Below, piece after piece: positions 37,040 to 46,250 of a stretch of DNA of 58,398 bases. Position 1 is the first letter of the stretch. Every line of letters starts with the position of its first letter. Both the position numbers and the translations under genes were made by a program. The notes under the pieces are model-generated. The model saw nothing but the letters and a program-made list of their open reading frames with translations. It did no database searches and was not told where the DNA came from. This DNA is from a virus (taxonomy: Duplodnaviria > Caudoviricetes). The stretch covers positions 1 through 58,398 of the IMG/VR virus record IMGVR_UViG_3300003971_000004; one strand, 5' to 3'.

Positions 37040-37645
37040 ATGGTGATGCGATTGATGTGCGTGCCGATGTTGCTGCTGCTCGCGGGGTGTGGAGCGTTCG
37101 CACAAACGGAAGCGATCGGCCTGAACGATAGCGACCCAGTTCTCGATGGACCGGCTTATGCCGATACAGACGTCGACAACATGGAAGTTCCGCCTCTGGA
37201 GAACTTTGCCGACCGGTTGGAGGACGGGTCCGACGATGGGTACGCGGCGTCGAACGAAATCTATGCGGTGGCCCCTGCTCCGCCGCCATCACGAGGGCTT
37301 CAACCCCGCGCGTCCGGATTAAGTGAGATGGCGGCCGCCATGGAAAAGGTGCTGGCCGCGCCCCCGCGCAAAAGCCTCTGGACCTATCTCCAGACGGGCC
37401 TTCGGAGCCTCAAGGGCAAGTCTCAACAGACAGCCTTCAACCGGATCGGGTATCCGGACCGGAAGACGGTAATCGGCGCAGCGACCATCTATCACTGGGA
37501 GACCAGCACGCCGAACCTTGATGGCAGCATGCTTCACTGCAAGGTCAAGGTCGTCGCCCGCGCTGGGGTCGTCGTCGATACCGACTTTGACGGCAATGCC
37601 GGTGCCTGCGAGCGGTACGCCCGGCGGTTCGGCTACACGAAATAG
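37040..37645 (+). CDS. Lipoprotein
   Basis: LLLLAGC lipobox; C-terminal IGYPD...YHW...C domain. Confidence 0.7.
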   Translation: MVMRLMCVPMLLLLAGCGAFAQTEAIGLNDSDPVLDGPAYADTDVDNMEVPPLENFADRLEDGSDDGYAASNEIYAVAPAPPPSRGLQPRASGLSEMAAAMEKVLAAPPRKSLWTYLQTGLRSLKGKSQQTAFNRIGYPDRKTVIGAATIYHWETSTPNLDGSMLHCKVKVVARAGVVVDTDFDGNAGACERYARRFGYTK

Positions 37646-38388
37646 TTTGCTCGGACGAACTTCCACGCCCACTCGGTTGCTTCTACCCAGATCAGCCAGT
37701 GCGCGGAATCGGTGTGACCGGCCCCGTAAAACGCCTGCTCGCGGCGGAGGCGCATCGCCTCTTGCCACTCCGCGCAGTCGCTGGACTCCTGACAGCCCTT
37801 GGCGCAGCCATCGGGACAGCCAGAAGCTGATGGGGCCTGGAGCACTGCTCGCGCCGCCTTGATTGCAGCCCGCAGCCGATCATGGTCGATGGTCAGCGCA
37901 TACTCGTCGTTGCGGCCCTCCCGGGTCAGGGCTGCGACGATCTCCTCCAGCGCCGCCGCGACGCCACCGTTGTGCAGCTGCACAGCGATTATGGCGTCGG
38001 CCGCCCGGTAATCGACATCGGCAACTGGATAGTCGCCGGGAACGCCCAAGCCGGGGTACAGCGATCCGCCATAGGCGCGGGCGACAATCGCTGCGATCTC
38101 GTCTCGCCCGGACGGGATCATATTGTTGGCGTCGACAAGATGATCGACCGCCAGCGCTGCCACCGCCTCGATGCCTTCGCGCAACGTCTCGGCGGAATAC
38201 CACGCATCCTGCATCTCGTCGTCCCACGCGACGGGAACCAGCACCCATCCTTCGGGCAAGGCTGGACGCTGGCGGGCATCGCCGAGCAACCCGGCGATCT
38301 CCTTCACGCCGGCGGCGCTGACCATGATACCGTTCGCATTGGCGCGGGCGGCGACAGCCTCGTAATCGGGGGCGTTCACCGCAACCAC
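37633..38388 (-). CDS. Hypothetical phage protein
   Basis: LPEGWVLVP motif common in phage early proteins; end of the early operon. Confidence 0.6.
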   Translation of the reverse strand: MVAVNAPDYEAVAARANANGIMVSAAGVKEIAGLLGDARQRPALPEGWVLVPVAWDDEMQDAWYSAETLREGIEAVAALAVDHLVDANNMIPSGRDEIAAIVARAYGGSLYPGLGVPGDYPVADVDYRAADAIIAVQLHNGGVAAALEEIVAALTREGRNDEYALTIDHDRLRAAIKAARAVLQAPSASGCPDGCAKGCQESSDCAEWQEAMRLRREQAFYGAGHTDSAHWLIWVEATEWAWKFVRANYFV

Positions 38389-38519
38389 CCGACCAGCGCA
38401 TCGATGCCGAGCACCGCCGCGATGACGATCGCGATCCCCAGCACGGCACCGCAGCCCTGCCCGAGTCCGCGCGTGAACTGATCGCCGATGTGCTCGAAGT
38501 CTTCCGGATCAACCTTCAT
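38376..38519 (-). CDS. Small membrane protein
   Basis: GAGG RBS, single TM. Confidence 0.5.
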   Translation of the reverse strand: MKVDPEDFEHIGDQFTRGLGQGCGAVLGIAIVIAAVLGIDALVGWLR

Positions 38520-38764
38520 GGTTCCTCTCCTCTGGTGGTGTTCAGTTCTGGCTTTCCCTTTCGGCCCCAAGGGTTCGTGCCGGCCTTGCCGATCAGGTGC
38601 GCTCCACAGCGGGAAAGCTGGACCTGCGGGTACGTCGGTGCGGTGATTGGCTCGCCCGTGATCTCGGCGAGCAGCTCCTGGCAGGGTCGACCGACGCCGG
38701 GACGATCGGGGTGCATCGCGAGGGCGGCGCGTAGGGCGACACGCAGGGCGGCATCCCGCGTCAT
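38516..38764 (-). CDS. Hypothetical protein
   Basis: Coupled to its neighbours in the operon. Confidence 0.4.
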   Translation of the reverse strand: MTRDAALRVALRAALAMHPDRPGVGRPCQELLAEITGEPITAPTYPQVQLSRCGAHLIGKAGTNPWGRKGKPELNTTRGEEP

Positions 38765-38831
38765 GGGCGTGCGGCCCCGGGACGACATTGAGCGGACGCA
38801 CCTGCGACGGCGGGGGACATCGCGGCGGGCA

Positions 38832-39488
38832 TCACTCCGAGCCTTCCTCAGCGAGAGAGGGCGGGGGTGCCTTGGGACGCGGGGCCAGCAATGTCCCTTC
38901 GCCGAGGCGCGCATAGGCGTCCTCGACGTCGTCGCGCTTGACGGTGTGGCGGGCCAGCAGTTTGAAGCTGGGCCACATTCGCAGGGCCGAGATCAGGAGC
39001 TTGCGGGCGGTGCGCCAGTGCAGCCCATGCTCTTTCGCGAGGCGGACATAGGGGCTGTTGGTCAGCACCATGTCGATGATCATGCGCTTCGGATGCGGGA
39101 TGCTGTTGCGCCAGGCGCGATAGGCGACCTCAAGCCGGATACGACCGAGCGATTCGACGAGCTGGTCGCGCGCTGATCCCGAACAATCGACGCGCGCTTC
39201 CAGTGATCCGCTGCGGACTGACACGGCGCGCTCGATCATCTCGACGACGCTTGCGATCTCCTCGGCGGCCGCGAGATCCTCGGCGTCGATCTTTCCCAGC
39301 TTTGCCATGCGGGCGAGGGGAGACTGGCGCCGGTGCTCCGGCACTCGATCGATCCGTTCGAGCGTTTCGGGGGCACCCTGCTTGTGGCTCCACTTCGCCT
39401 CAAGGGCGGCATGGGCCTCGGCTTCGGCGGCGCGCATCGCCGCGCCGTGTCGTTTCTTCAGCGCGCGGATGTCATCGCCGGCGGTCAT
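38832..39488 (-). CDS. Putative late transcription regulator (DUF6456-like, Q position)
   Basis: SPLARMAKLGKI...AAEEI; C-terminal HTH (YVRLAKEHGLHWRTARKLL); position after replication genes. Confidence 0.6.
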   Translation of the reverse strand: MTAGDDIRALKKRHGAAMRAAEAEAHAALEAKWSHKQGAPETLERIDRVPEHRRQSPLARMAKLGKIDAEDLAAAEEIASVVEMIERAVSVRSGSLEARVDCSGSARDQLVESLGRIRLEVAYRAWRNSIPHPKRMIIDMVLTNSPYVRLAKEHGLHWRTARKLLISALRMWPSFKLLARHTVKRDDVEDAYARLGEGTLLAPRPKAPPPSLAEEGSE

Positions 39489-39700
39489 TTCTCGGACTTC
39501 CTTTTGCCGAAACATTTTTCGGCGATGAGCTTGGCTTCTTGCCCGGCGATCCAGCCGAGCTTGCGTTCGACCTCATCGGGATTGAGCAGGGCGAGGCCGT
39601 GGAGCTGCCATGCCGCTCGAGCGGCTTCCCATGCGGCCTCGGGATCGGGGTCACGGGCCTGAGCCGCGATCCGGGATAGCGAGCTGCGGACTGCGGCCAT
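39485..39700 (-). CDS. Hypothetical protein
   Basis: Coupled ORF in the operon. Confidence 0.55.
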   Translation of the reverse strand: MAAVRSSLSRIAAQARDPDPEAAWEAARAAWQLHGLALLNPDEVERKLGWIAGQEAKLIAEKCFGKRKSEK

Positions 39701-40800
39701 CAATCCTCTCCCTCTGCGGCGGTATCGGGGGCTTTGTTCGCGGCGAGGTACTCGCGCATCTGGCGCTGGCGTTCGGCTTCCTGCTCCTCGCTCTCGCGGG
39801 CGGCGTCGGCCTCGCGCTGGGCTCGATCGAGCTCGGCTTGGCGTCCAGGGATTTCGCGGAGGCGATCGATCTCACCGCGGATGGACGCGATGTGCTGTGC
39901 CAGATCGGTCTCGAAGACCTTGAGCCGGAACGGTGCGCGCCCGGTACCTTCCCTGATGCGCGGTCCAGCCCGTTCGAGGACAGGGATGATGTCGGTGTCG
40001 AAGTCGGCGCCACGCGCAAGCCAGCTGTCGAGGACCGCCCGCCAGTCGCTGGGCACGGTAATGAACCCCCCCGCCTTCATCAATCGGGCGAGGCGCGGAT
40101 CGACGTCAGCTTGGGGGGTAGGGGGGTTATTACTATTCCCTTCCCTTCCCTTCTCTTGGGACGATTCTCCCCTGGGAACTGGCTTCCGGTCGGATCGCCT
40201 TTCGTTCCCGCGCGGATCGCGGTCGGATTGGTTTCGTGATCCGGTCGCATCGGCATCCGATCCCGGTGGGATAGAATTATCATCCGACTGGGATGATCGC
40301 CGACGCGCCTTCACCAGAACCTTGGAGTCCGGGTTGAGCGCGGCCAGCAATTCGCCGGCACGGAACAGGTCGGCTTCCAGCGGTGCGGGATCGAACTCCG
40401 CCTTCCAGCGCTTGGCATTTCCGGCACCGCTGGCGAGGCGCTGGATCAGCTTCTCGATCCATGCCTCCAGCGCGACCTCGCAGACCGTCTCGTGGTAGAA
40501 ACGCCCGTCGGAGCAGAGCACGAACCCGCGCAGCGCATTGTCCCGGACTGCCTCCCAGGTGCGGAGATCGCGCCCCAGCCCTGCGGCCTTGGTCAGCGCG
40601 GCGTCATCGGCGTCGAGCGATCCGGCCGGGACCGAATGCCATGCCGACATCCACAGGTTCAGCCCGGCGCGCCAGGCGCTGTCGTCGATGATCGCATCGA
40701 ACCCGGACTGCCTCAGTCGCGGGATGTCGATCATCATGCGAGGGAAGTCGCTGAGGTCGCAGTTCGCCGGGGTCAGCGGGGCGGGTAGCAGGTCAGTCAT
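39700..40800 (-). CDS. Replication initiator (DUF1376/YdaU-like)
   Basis: PLTPANCDLSDF, LWMSAWHSVPAGSL, CSDGRFYH; internal iteron region. Confidence 0.8.
   Translation of the reverse strand: MTDLLPAPLTPANCDLSDFPRMMIDIPRLRQSGFDAIIDDSAWRAGLNLWMSAWHSVPAGSLDADDAALTKAAGLGRDLRTWEAVRDNALRGFVLCSDGRFYHETVCEVALEAWIEKLIQRLASGAGNAKRWKAEFDPAPLEADLFRAGELLAALNPDSKVLVKARRRSSQSDDNSIPPGSDADATGSRNQSDRDPRGNERRSDRKPVPRGESSQEKGREGNSNNPPTPQADVDPRLARLMKAGGFITVPSDWRAVLDSWLARGADFDTDIIPVLERAGPRIREGTGRAPFRLKVFETDLAQHIASIRGEIDRLREIPGRQAELDRAQREADAARESEEQEAERQRQMREYLAANKAPDTAAEGED
40152..40296. repeat. Replication origin iterons inside the initiator gene
   Basis: GGA(T)-type cores at 40159, 40192, 40214, 40225, 40247 (GCAT), 40269, 40291; spacings are multiples of 11 bp. 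Confidence 0.65.
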
Positions 40801-40996
40801 CGTCTTCCCCGTGAACGGTGTCGAGGTGGTGCCGGAGGTTCTCGGGCAGGACATTCAGCGCGCAGCCCGGTGCAGGGCAGGGCACCCGGCGCGCGTTCTC
40901 CCGCGCGACCGCAGCCAGCGCGCGCTCCAGCCGCTCAGCCGCGGGACCGCCGAAGTTGAGACCGGTCGGGAAAGGATTGCCCCCGCGCCCGCTCAC
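40793..40996 (-). CDS. Small Zn-finger-like protein
   Basis: CPAPGC...HLDTVH; GTGA coupling. Confidence 0.5.
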   Translation of the reverse strand: MSGRGGNPFPTGLNFGGPAAERLERALAAVARENARRVPCPAPGCALNVLPENLRHHLDTVHGEDDD

Positions 40997-42447
40997 AGCC
41001 GGGTGTCCTGGAAGAAGGTGTGGTCGCGGACCGCCTGATGGGCGCCGAAGAAGAAGCAGTTGCGCCGACCGAGAGCACCACCACGGCGCTTCGCGGTGTA
41101 GAGCTCGACGTGATCGCGCGCGGCTTGGAGCGCGAGTTCCCAGTCGGCACGGCGCTTGTCGTCGACCTTCGGCTCCGCGGCCTGCAGATAGTATTCGTCG
41201 CGGTAGACGAACATGACGATGTCGGCGTCTTGCTCGATATCGCCGGCGTCGCGGAGGTCTGACAGCAGCGGGCGCTTGTCCTCGCGTTCCTCGCATTTGC
41301 GGCTCAGCTGGGCCAAGACGACGATGCAGACGCCGCAGGCCTTGGCGACCTCCTTGATGGCACGGCTGATCGAACCGACGTCGTTGTACCGGCTCCCGGT
41401 CTCGCGATCGGGCTTGATGAGGCCCAAATAGTCGATGAACACGACGTCGAGGGTCTGGCCCTTCGCCGCGAAGCTGCGCTGGTACCGCCGGATCAGCGAG
41501 GCGAGACGACCGATCTTGAGCGTCGCCGGGTCCGTTAGCTGCAGCGGCCAGCTCTCAATCATCTCGCGCGCGGACTGGATGCGCTGGCGGTCATGGGGGG
41601 ACAGCCGCGCGGAGCGGATCTGGTCGTAGGTCGGGTTCTGCCCGTATTCGAAGACGAGGTCGGCGATCGCGCGCCGCATCAGCTCGTCCTCGGACATCTC
41701 CAAGCTGATATAGAGACCACCCTTGCCGGCGCGGCCGGTCGCCAGCCACGCCGATAGCGCGGTGGCGGTCTTGCCCATCCCAGGCCGGCCGCCGAGGATG
41801 ATGACCTCGCCGTACCGCATGTTGCCGGTGAGATAGTTCCAGTCCGCGAAGCCATCGAGCTTCACCCCAGGAACCGAGACGCCAGACGCCTCGTCGTCGA
41901 TCCGACCCAGCGTAGCATCCATCGCCGCAGCGATGGACCGGCCTTGGGTGACGCCCTGCTTCGCCATCGCGGCGGTCAGTGCAGAGTCGACGCCCTCGGC
42001 CAGCGCCTCGATCGGTGACTCGAGGTGGTCCGCGGTCTGCATCGCGGCAACCGTTTCGCGCAGCGCGTCATAGACCTTCCGGCGCTTTGCCATGTCAGCG
42101 ATTTGTGCCGCGAACTGGCTGACACCGATCATGCCAGCACCGGACCCGGTCAGCTGTGCTAGATAGGCTGGCCCACCGAGCGCAGCCATTCCGGGATCGT
42201 CCGAGAACAAGGGCCGGAGCAGGACCGGATTGGTAGGCTGCCCGGCTGCGTTCGCAGTGAGAATCGCGGCATAGACCCGACCATGAACGGGCAATGAGAA
42301 GTCCTCTGGCGCGACCTGATCGGCGACGCGCTCGATGAACCTGTTCTCGATCATAAGCGCGCCGAGCAGCGCAGCCTCAGCTTCTTCGTTGAAGAGGCAC
42401 TTCGGATAAGGCTCTGTGGGGGCCATCTGGAGGGCGGTCACCGGCAT
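40993..42447 (-). CDS. dnaB: Replicative DNA helicase
   Basis: EAEAALLGAL, GGRPGMGKT, SLEMS, IDYLGL, LAQLSR, DLRDAGDIEQDAD. Confidence 0.95.
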   Translation of the reverse strand: MPVTALQMAPTEPYPKCLFNEEAEAALLGALMIENRFIERVADQVAPEDFSLPVHGRVYAAILTANAAGQPTNPVLLRPLFSDDPGMAALGGPAYLAQLTGSGAGMIGVSQFAAQIADMAKRRKVYDALRETVAAMQTADHLESPIEALAEGVDSALTAAMAKQGVTQGRSIAAAMDATLGRIDDEASGVSVPGVKLDGFADWNYLTGNMRYGEVIILGGRPGMGKTATALSAWLATGRAGKGGLYISLEMSEDELMRRAIADLVFEYGQNPTYDQIRSARLSPHDRQRIQSAREMIESWPLQLTDPATLKIGRLASLIRRYQRSFAAKGQTLDVVFIDYLGLIKPDRETGSRYNDVGSISRAIKEVAKACGVCIVVLAQLSRKCEEREDKRPLLSDLRDAGDIEQDADIVMFVYRDEYYLQAAEPKVDDKRRADWELALQAARDHVELYTAKRRGGALGRRNCFFFGAHQAVRDHTFFQDTRL

Positions 42448-42632
42448 GACGCCCCCACCCACGCGGCGAACGCGCGCTGCCAATCCTTCGCCGCGGCATC
42501 AAGCTCAGCGGTGAAGACGGCGTCGTCTTCGAGGTCCGGGGAGGCGGCGAGGCGCAGGCACAGCTCCCGGTATCGGGACCATGCGGCCTCGACATTCAGC
42601 TCAGTCGGCAGGATGGCGATGGCGGCGCTCAT
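42438..42632 (-). CDS. Hypothetical protein
   Basis: Coupled ORF. Confidence 0.55.
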   Translation of the reverse strand: MSAAIAILPTELNVEAAWSRYRELCLRLAASPDLEDDAVFTAELDAAAKDWQRAFAAWVGASCR

Positions 42633-43420
42633 CGGGCCGATTCCCGGGCGGCATCCGGGTTCCATTGATCGAAGTCGGCTTCGATCTCGACCCAGTTGCG
42701 GGGATGCTGTGCCTTGAGGTCCGGGGTCCGCTCGTACCGGACGTACCCGTCGGGGGTTGGTGCGAGAAAACCGTGATAGGGAGCGGTCCACCGCGACGGG
42801 CTCAGTTCAAGAGCCTTCATGTCGCGGCGGGTGACGGCACCTCGCCGCTCCAGCAGGATCAGCAGCTTGATCGCCTTGACCTTCCAGGGGGTCAGCGCGA
42901 CTGGGGCACTGTCGCCGCCGCAGACGTCGGGCACATATTCGGGCAAGGTCTCGCGGGTCGTCGGGAGCCACGAGAACCAGTTGCGATCGCTATACTCGCG
43001 GATCTCGGTGGGTAGCTCGGCGGTACACCGCCAGAGTCGACCACGCCGCCGCTCGTATTCGTCATGCAGGGCATCGATGGTGATAACGGTCACGCCGAGA
43101 TGCGCGGCGAGGCTGGCCATGTGATGCTGGCAACTGTCGCCGGGGACCAGCACCGCACGATAGTCGGGACCGATCTCCGCCGCCCACCGGTGCGGTGGCA
43201 ACGCCTGCTCCAGCACCTTTGCGTTGAGGCTCAGCTTCGCCTCGATGCCGATCTGGATGCCATGCTCGTTGTGGGCGAGGAGCAAGTCCCAGCCCGCCGT
43301 CTCCGGGTAAACGATCCAGCCGTCTCCGTTGGTCGTCGCGTTGGTCGACCAGCGCCGCTCCTGGAGCCAGTCGCGGAACGCGAGGACCAGTTCGGTTTCC
43401 TTGGCGAAGGCCTTGCTCAT
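42629..43420 (-). CDS. Putative PD-(D/E)XK nuclease-fold protein
   Basis: E...WDLLL...IGIEAKL pattern. Confidence 0.55.
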   Translation of the reverse strand: MSKAFAKETELVLAFRDWLQERRWSTNATTNGDGWIVYPETAGWDLLLAHNEHGIQIGIEAKLSLNAKVLEQALPPHRWAAEIGPDYRAVLVPGDSCQHHMASLAAHLGVTVITIDALHDEYERRRGRLWRCTAELPTEIREYSDRNWFSWLPTTRETLPEYVPDVCGGDSAPVALTPWKVKAIKLLILLERRGAVTRRDMKALELSPSRWTAPYHGFLAPTPDGYVRYERTPDLKAQHPRNWVEIEADFDQWNPDAARESAR

Positions 43421-43956
43421 CCGCGGCGCCTCACCCGGTCGGGCTCCGGCATGAACAGGTGATCGGAGCGCCAGGGCGGCGTCTCCTTCCCGATCTGCGT
43501 CACGAGGTGGTCGAGGATGCCTGCGGCCTCAGCCGCGTTGTGATCGGGTGCCGGCCAGCCGAGATCCTTACACCGGTTCTCAGCCATGATTTTGAAATCG
43601 TCGGTTCGGCCGGTCGCCGATCCATACCAGGTCTTCCGCCAGCTCGCGGAATAGATCAGCGTGCAAGGAATCGCCGCTGCCTTCGCCGCCCATTGGGTAA
43701 AGCTGACCAGCGCGACCTGCTTGAAGATGGTGGGCGCGTCGAGGTGCGGTGCAATGAACATCGCCTCGATACCGATGCGCTGCGGTCGATGCGCGCGCAG
43801 GAAGTCGCCGAGCCACTTCCGATACAGCTCAAGCATCGAGCCAGCATCGTAATCCCAGCCGACGATAGGTTTGACACCCAGCTGTGGCTGGGGGGCGTGG
43901 CCATCCCACACCCCCCAGCCAGTCTTCGAGCTGAGGTCGAAGGCAGCGTAGCGCAT
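43417..43956 (-). CDS. RuvC-like Holliday junction resolvase
   Basis: AFDLSSKTGW, IGIEA, SWRK, DHNAAEAAGI. Confidence 0.8.
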   Translation of the reverse strand: MRYAAFDLSSKTGWGVWDGHAPQPQLGVKPIVGWDYDAGSMLELYRKWLGDFLRAHRPQRIGIEAMFIAPHLDAPTIFKQVALVSFTQWAAKAAAIPCTLIYSASWRKTWYGSATGRTDDFKIMAENRCKDLGWPAPDHNAAEAAGILDHLVTQIGKETPPWRSDHLFMPEPDRVRRRG

Positions 43957-44195
43957 CAGGCGGTCAGCCCCTTGACCGCCCACATCACCGCTTCCTCGAC
44001 CTTGGTCTTCGCGAGCGAATATTCCCGGCTCGCACCGAGTTCGTCGATCGCGCTGAGCAATCCGGCACCCAAGTCCTTGATGCGGACCATCTGCGCCTTC
44101 TCCTCATCGCTGAGGACGCGGTACTGGTGCCGCACGGCGTTGTTCACCGTGCGGCTATCGCCTTCAGAGGCGACCTGCTGTTCCGGGGCGCTCAT
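43956..44195 (-). CDS. Acb2/Tad1-like anti-defence nucleotide sponge protein
   Basis: YRVLSDEEKAQMVRIKDLG and SREYSLAKTKVEEAVMWAVK. Confidence 0.7.
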   Translation of the reverse strand: MSAPEQQVASEGDSRTVNNAVRHQYRVLSDEEKAQMVRIKDLGAGLLSAIDELGASREYSLAKTKVEEAVMWAVKGLTA

Positions 44196-44524
44196 TATGC
44201 CGCGTCCGGAATGTCGCCGGGCGTGGCTTCGCTGTCGTTGGCGAACAGGTCCGCCTGGACAGGCACACCGAGCGCCTTGTTGCACAGGATCTGGCTACGA
44301 TCGAACTCGGCGCGAACGTCCGGGTCCATCTCGCGACGGCGTTTCGCCGCCCGCCATGCATCCATGTCGACGTTCGACGCCTTGATGCGCTTACGCTCGG
44401 CCGAGATGTCCGCGTTGATCGAGGCACGCTGTTTTTCGAGCTGGATGATCTTGTCGGTGCATTCCCGAATCAAGCTGACTTGGTCCGGATCGTTATGATC
44501 CGGGGGAGGGGTTCCTTGTCCCAT
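44195..44524 (-). CDS. GapR-like (DUF2312) DNA-binding protein
   Basis: KIIQLEKQRASINADI...RRREMDPD.RAE. Confidence 0.7.
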   Translation of the reverse strand: MGQGTPPPDHNDPDQVSLIRECTDKIIQLEKQRASINADISAERKRIKASNVDMDAWRAAKRRREMDPDVRAEFDRSQILCNKALGVPVQADLFANDSEATPGDIPDAA

Positions 44525-44675
44525 CACATTCTCCTGGTCTGGTGGTTTCGCCGATCCGAGGCTTGCCAGCCTGCGCGTAGGGGACGCGCGATCCCGCCGG
44601 CGCCAGCAACACGGCAGCGCCAGCCTCGGTTTTTCGTCCGCGGCGACGGACGGGGATGGGGAAGGGAGGCGACGC

Positions 44676-45443
44676 TCACGCGGCCTCCGCAGTGGTGCGC
44701 GAGGCCATGAAGCTCTCGAACCCGCGCTCGATCAGGAGGCGGACAAAGGCGTCGAGGGGGATGTCGGCTTCCTGCGCCGCAACCACCATCGCCGCACGGA
44801 TCACGGGTTTGCGGTCGAGACGCACCTCATCAAGGGGCACCTCCGGCGTCGGATCCTGCCCGGCCAGAACGGCTCGCACGATCTGCTGGCAGACCGCCGA
44901 TACCGACGAATCCTCGGCTTCGGCGCGGGCCGAAAGCTTGGCATGTTCGGCTGGGGTGATGCGGAACGCGGCTTGGCGCATCGGGCCTGAGGCAGCGTCT
45001 TCCACAATGACCGCGCGCTTCGGTGCAGGGGCAGGCGAAGGCTCTGGGGAAGGGGCTGGGGCTGGGACGACCGGCGCGGCGATTGCTTCTGCCACCGGTT
45101 CCGGCGCGGCCTTCTTGCTCCGGTTGACGATGTCGAGGATGCGCTGGACGCCATCTTCGGTCGAGGCCGACTGTCGGCGTACCGCTGGCGCGGGAACAAC
45201 CGTCGTGTGGGCATAGCTCGTCCGCGTCAGGCCAATCTTGATCGTGCGATCAGGGCCGGTGCCCTTGATGACGATTTCGCCGCGGTCCGCGATGTCGGCC
45301 AGCAGCGTCCGCGCCGCCTCGGGGTTCTCGAACCCGAAGCGTGCAGCGATCTCAGTATCGGTCGGGGCCGGTTCGCCCTGCTCCTCAAGATCCCGGAGCC
45401 AGTCCAACATCCGCGAGCGGTTCAAGCTGGTGTGCTGTATCAT
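44676..45443 (-). CDS. DNA-binding protein (N-terminal wHTH, C-terminal RHH-like)
   Basis: APTDTEIAARFG...LADIADRGEI; FRITPAEHAKLSARAEAEDSSVSAV. Confidence 0.6.
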   Translation of the reverse strand: MIQHTSLNRSRMLDWLRDLEEQGEPAPTDTEIAARFGFENPEAARTLLADIADRGEIVIKGTGPDRTIKIGLTRTSYAHTTVVPAPAVRRQSASTEDGVQRILDIVNRSKKAAPEPVAEAIAAPVVPAPAPSPEPSPAPAPKRAVIVEDAASGPMRQAAFRITPAEHAKLSARAEAEDSSVSAVCQQIVRAVLAGQDPTPEVPLDEVRLDRKPVIRAAMVVAAQEADIPLDAFVRLLIERGFESFMASRTTAEAA

Positions 45444-45922
45444 CGTGCGCTCTCCTGGGCGATCATCTCGAGCCAGACGGTCGTGAGGGCGTGGACGCGC
45501 CGAATCAGCGCCTCGTGCGGGGCCAGCTCGTCGGCGGAGGTGATGCCGTCCTTCTCGATCTCGATGATCGCGGGCAGCAGCGTTGCGAGGGTCAACGCGC
45601 CGGGGTCGCCAGTGCACACCGAACCGGCATCGGCCCAGCGACCGCCGACAAGCGCGAGCAGGGGATCGGCGAATCGGCCCCGCCACGTCTCGCAAGCGGC
45701 GAGGAAGGTCAGCATGTCCATCGCGGCGATCGCGCGCTCGCTGTCCTTTGGCGGCGCATAGGCGGCGGCGCGGTCTTCCGACTTCCCGCCGAGGTACCGG
45801 CCCAAATCCTTATAGGTCAGACCGTCGTCGGCCTTGATCCGGCGCAGCGCGTCCGCCTGGATCTCGACCGCGGATGACGCGGAAAAAGTTCGGCGCGGGC
45901 CGTGGATGTGCGGTGCGCTCAT
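45440..45922 (-). CDS. CII-like phage regulator
   Basis: LTYKDLGRYLG HTH; position downstream of cro. Confidence 0.55.
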   Translation of the reverse strand: MSAPHIHGPRRTFSASSAVEIQADALRRIKADDGLTYKDLGRYLGGKSEDRAAAYAPPKDSERAIAAMDMLTFLAACETWRGRFADPLLALVGGRWADAGSVCTGDPGALTLATLLPAIIEIEKDGITSADELAPHEALIRRVHALTTVWLEMIAQESAR

Positions 45923-46058
45923 CGCGCAAGGTCTCCATCATGACGAAGCCTCGATCCGAAAGAGCTGACCGAGCCGACGCCGCGCCCCTGGGCGCGATCG
46001 TCGCGGCGTTGCTTCGGAGGCTGCGCGGCAATTGGGAAAAGGGTGGTCAGGACGAGGC

Positions 46059-46250
46059 TCAGCGCGCGCACGGCACACCTCGCTCGCGGGCGGGAAGCGG
46101 AATCGGCGAACAGGGAGACCCCATCGGATGAACGGCACGGGCCGAACGCGCGCTGGATCGGCATCGCGGCATCAGCCACGCGCTGAAATCGCAGTCGCAT
46201 CTGGCGGCGTGGCAGCTCGCGCACCGATAGGGGACGCCGGTCGCAATCAC
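46059..46250 (-). CDS. Small Cys-rich hypothetical protein
   Basis: GTGA overlap with the cro stop; CxxC...CxC. Confidence 0.35.
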   Translation of the reverse strand: MIATGVPYRCASCHAARCDCDFSAWLMPRCRSSARSARAVHPMGSPCSPIPLPARERGVPCAR

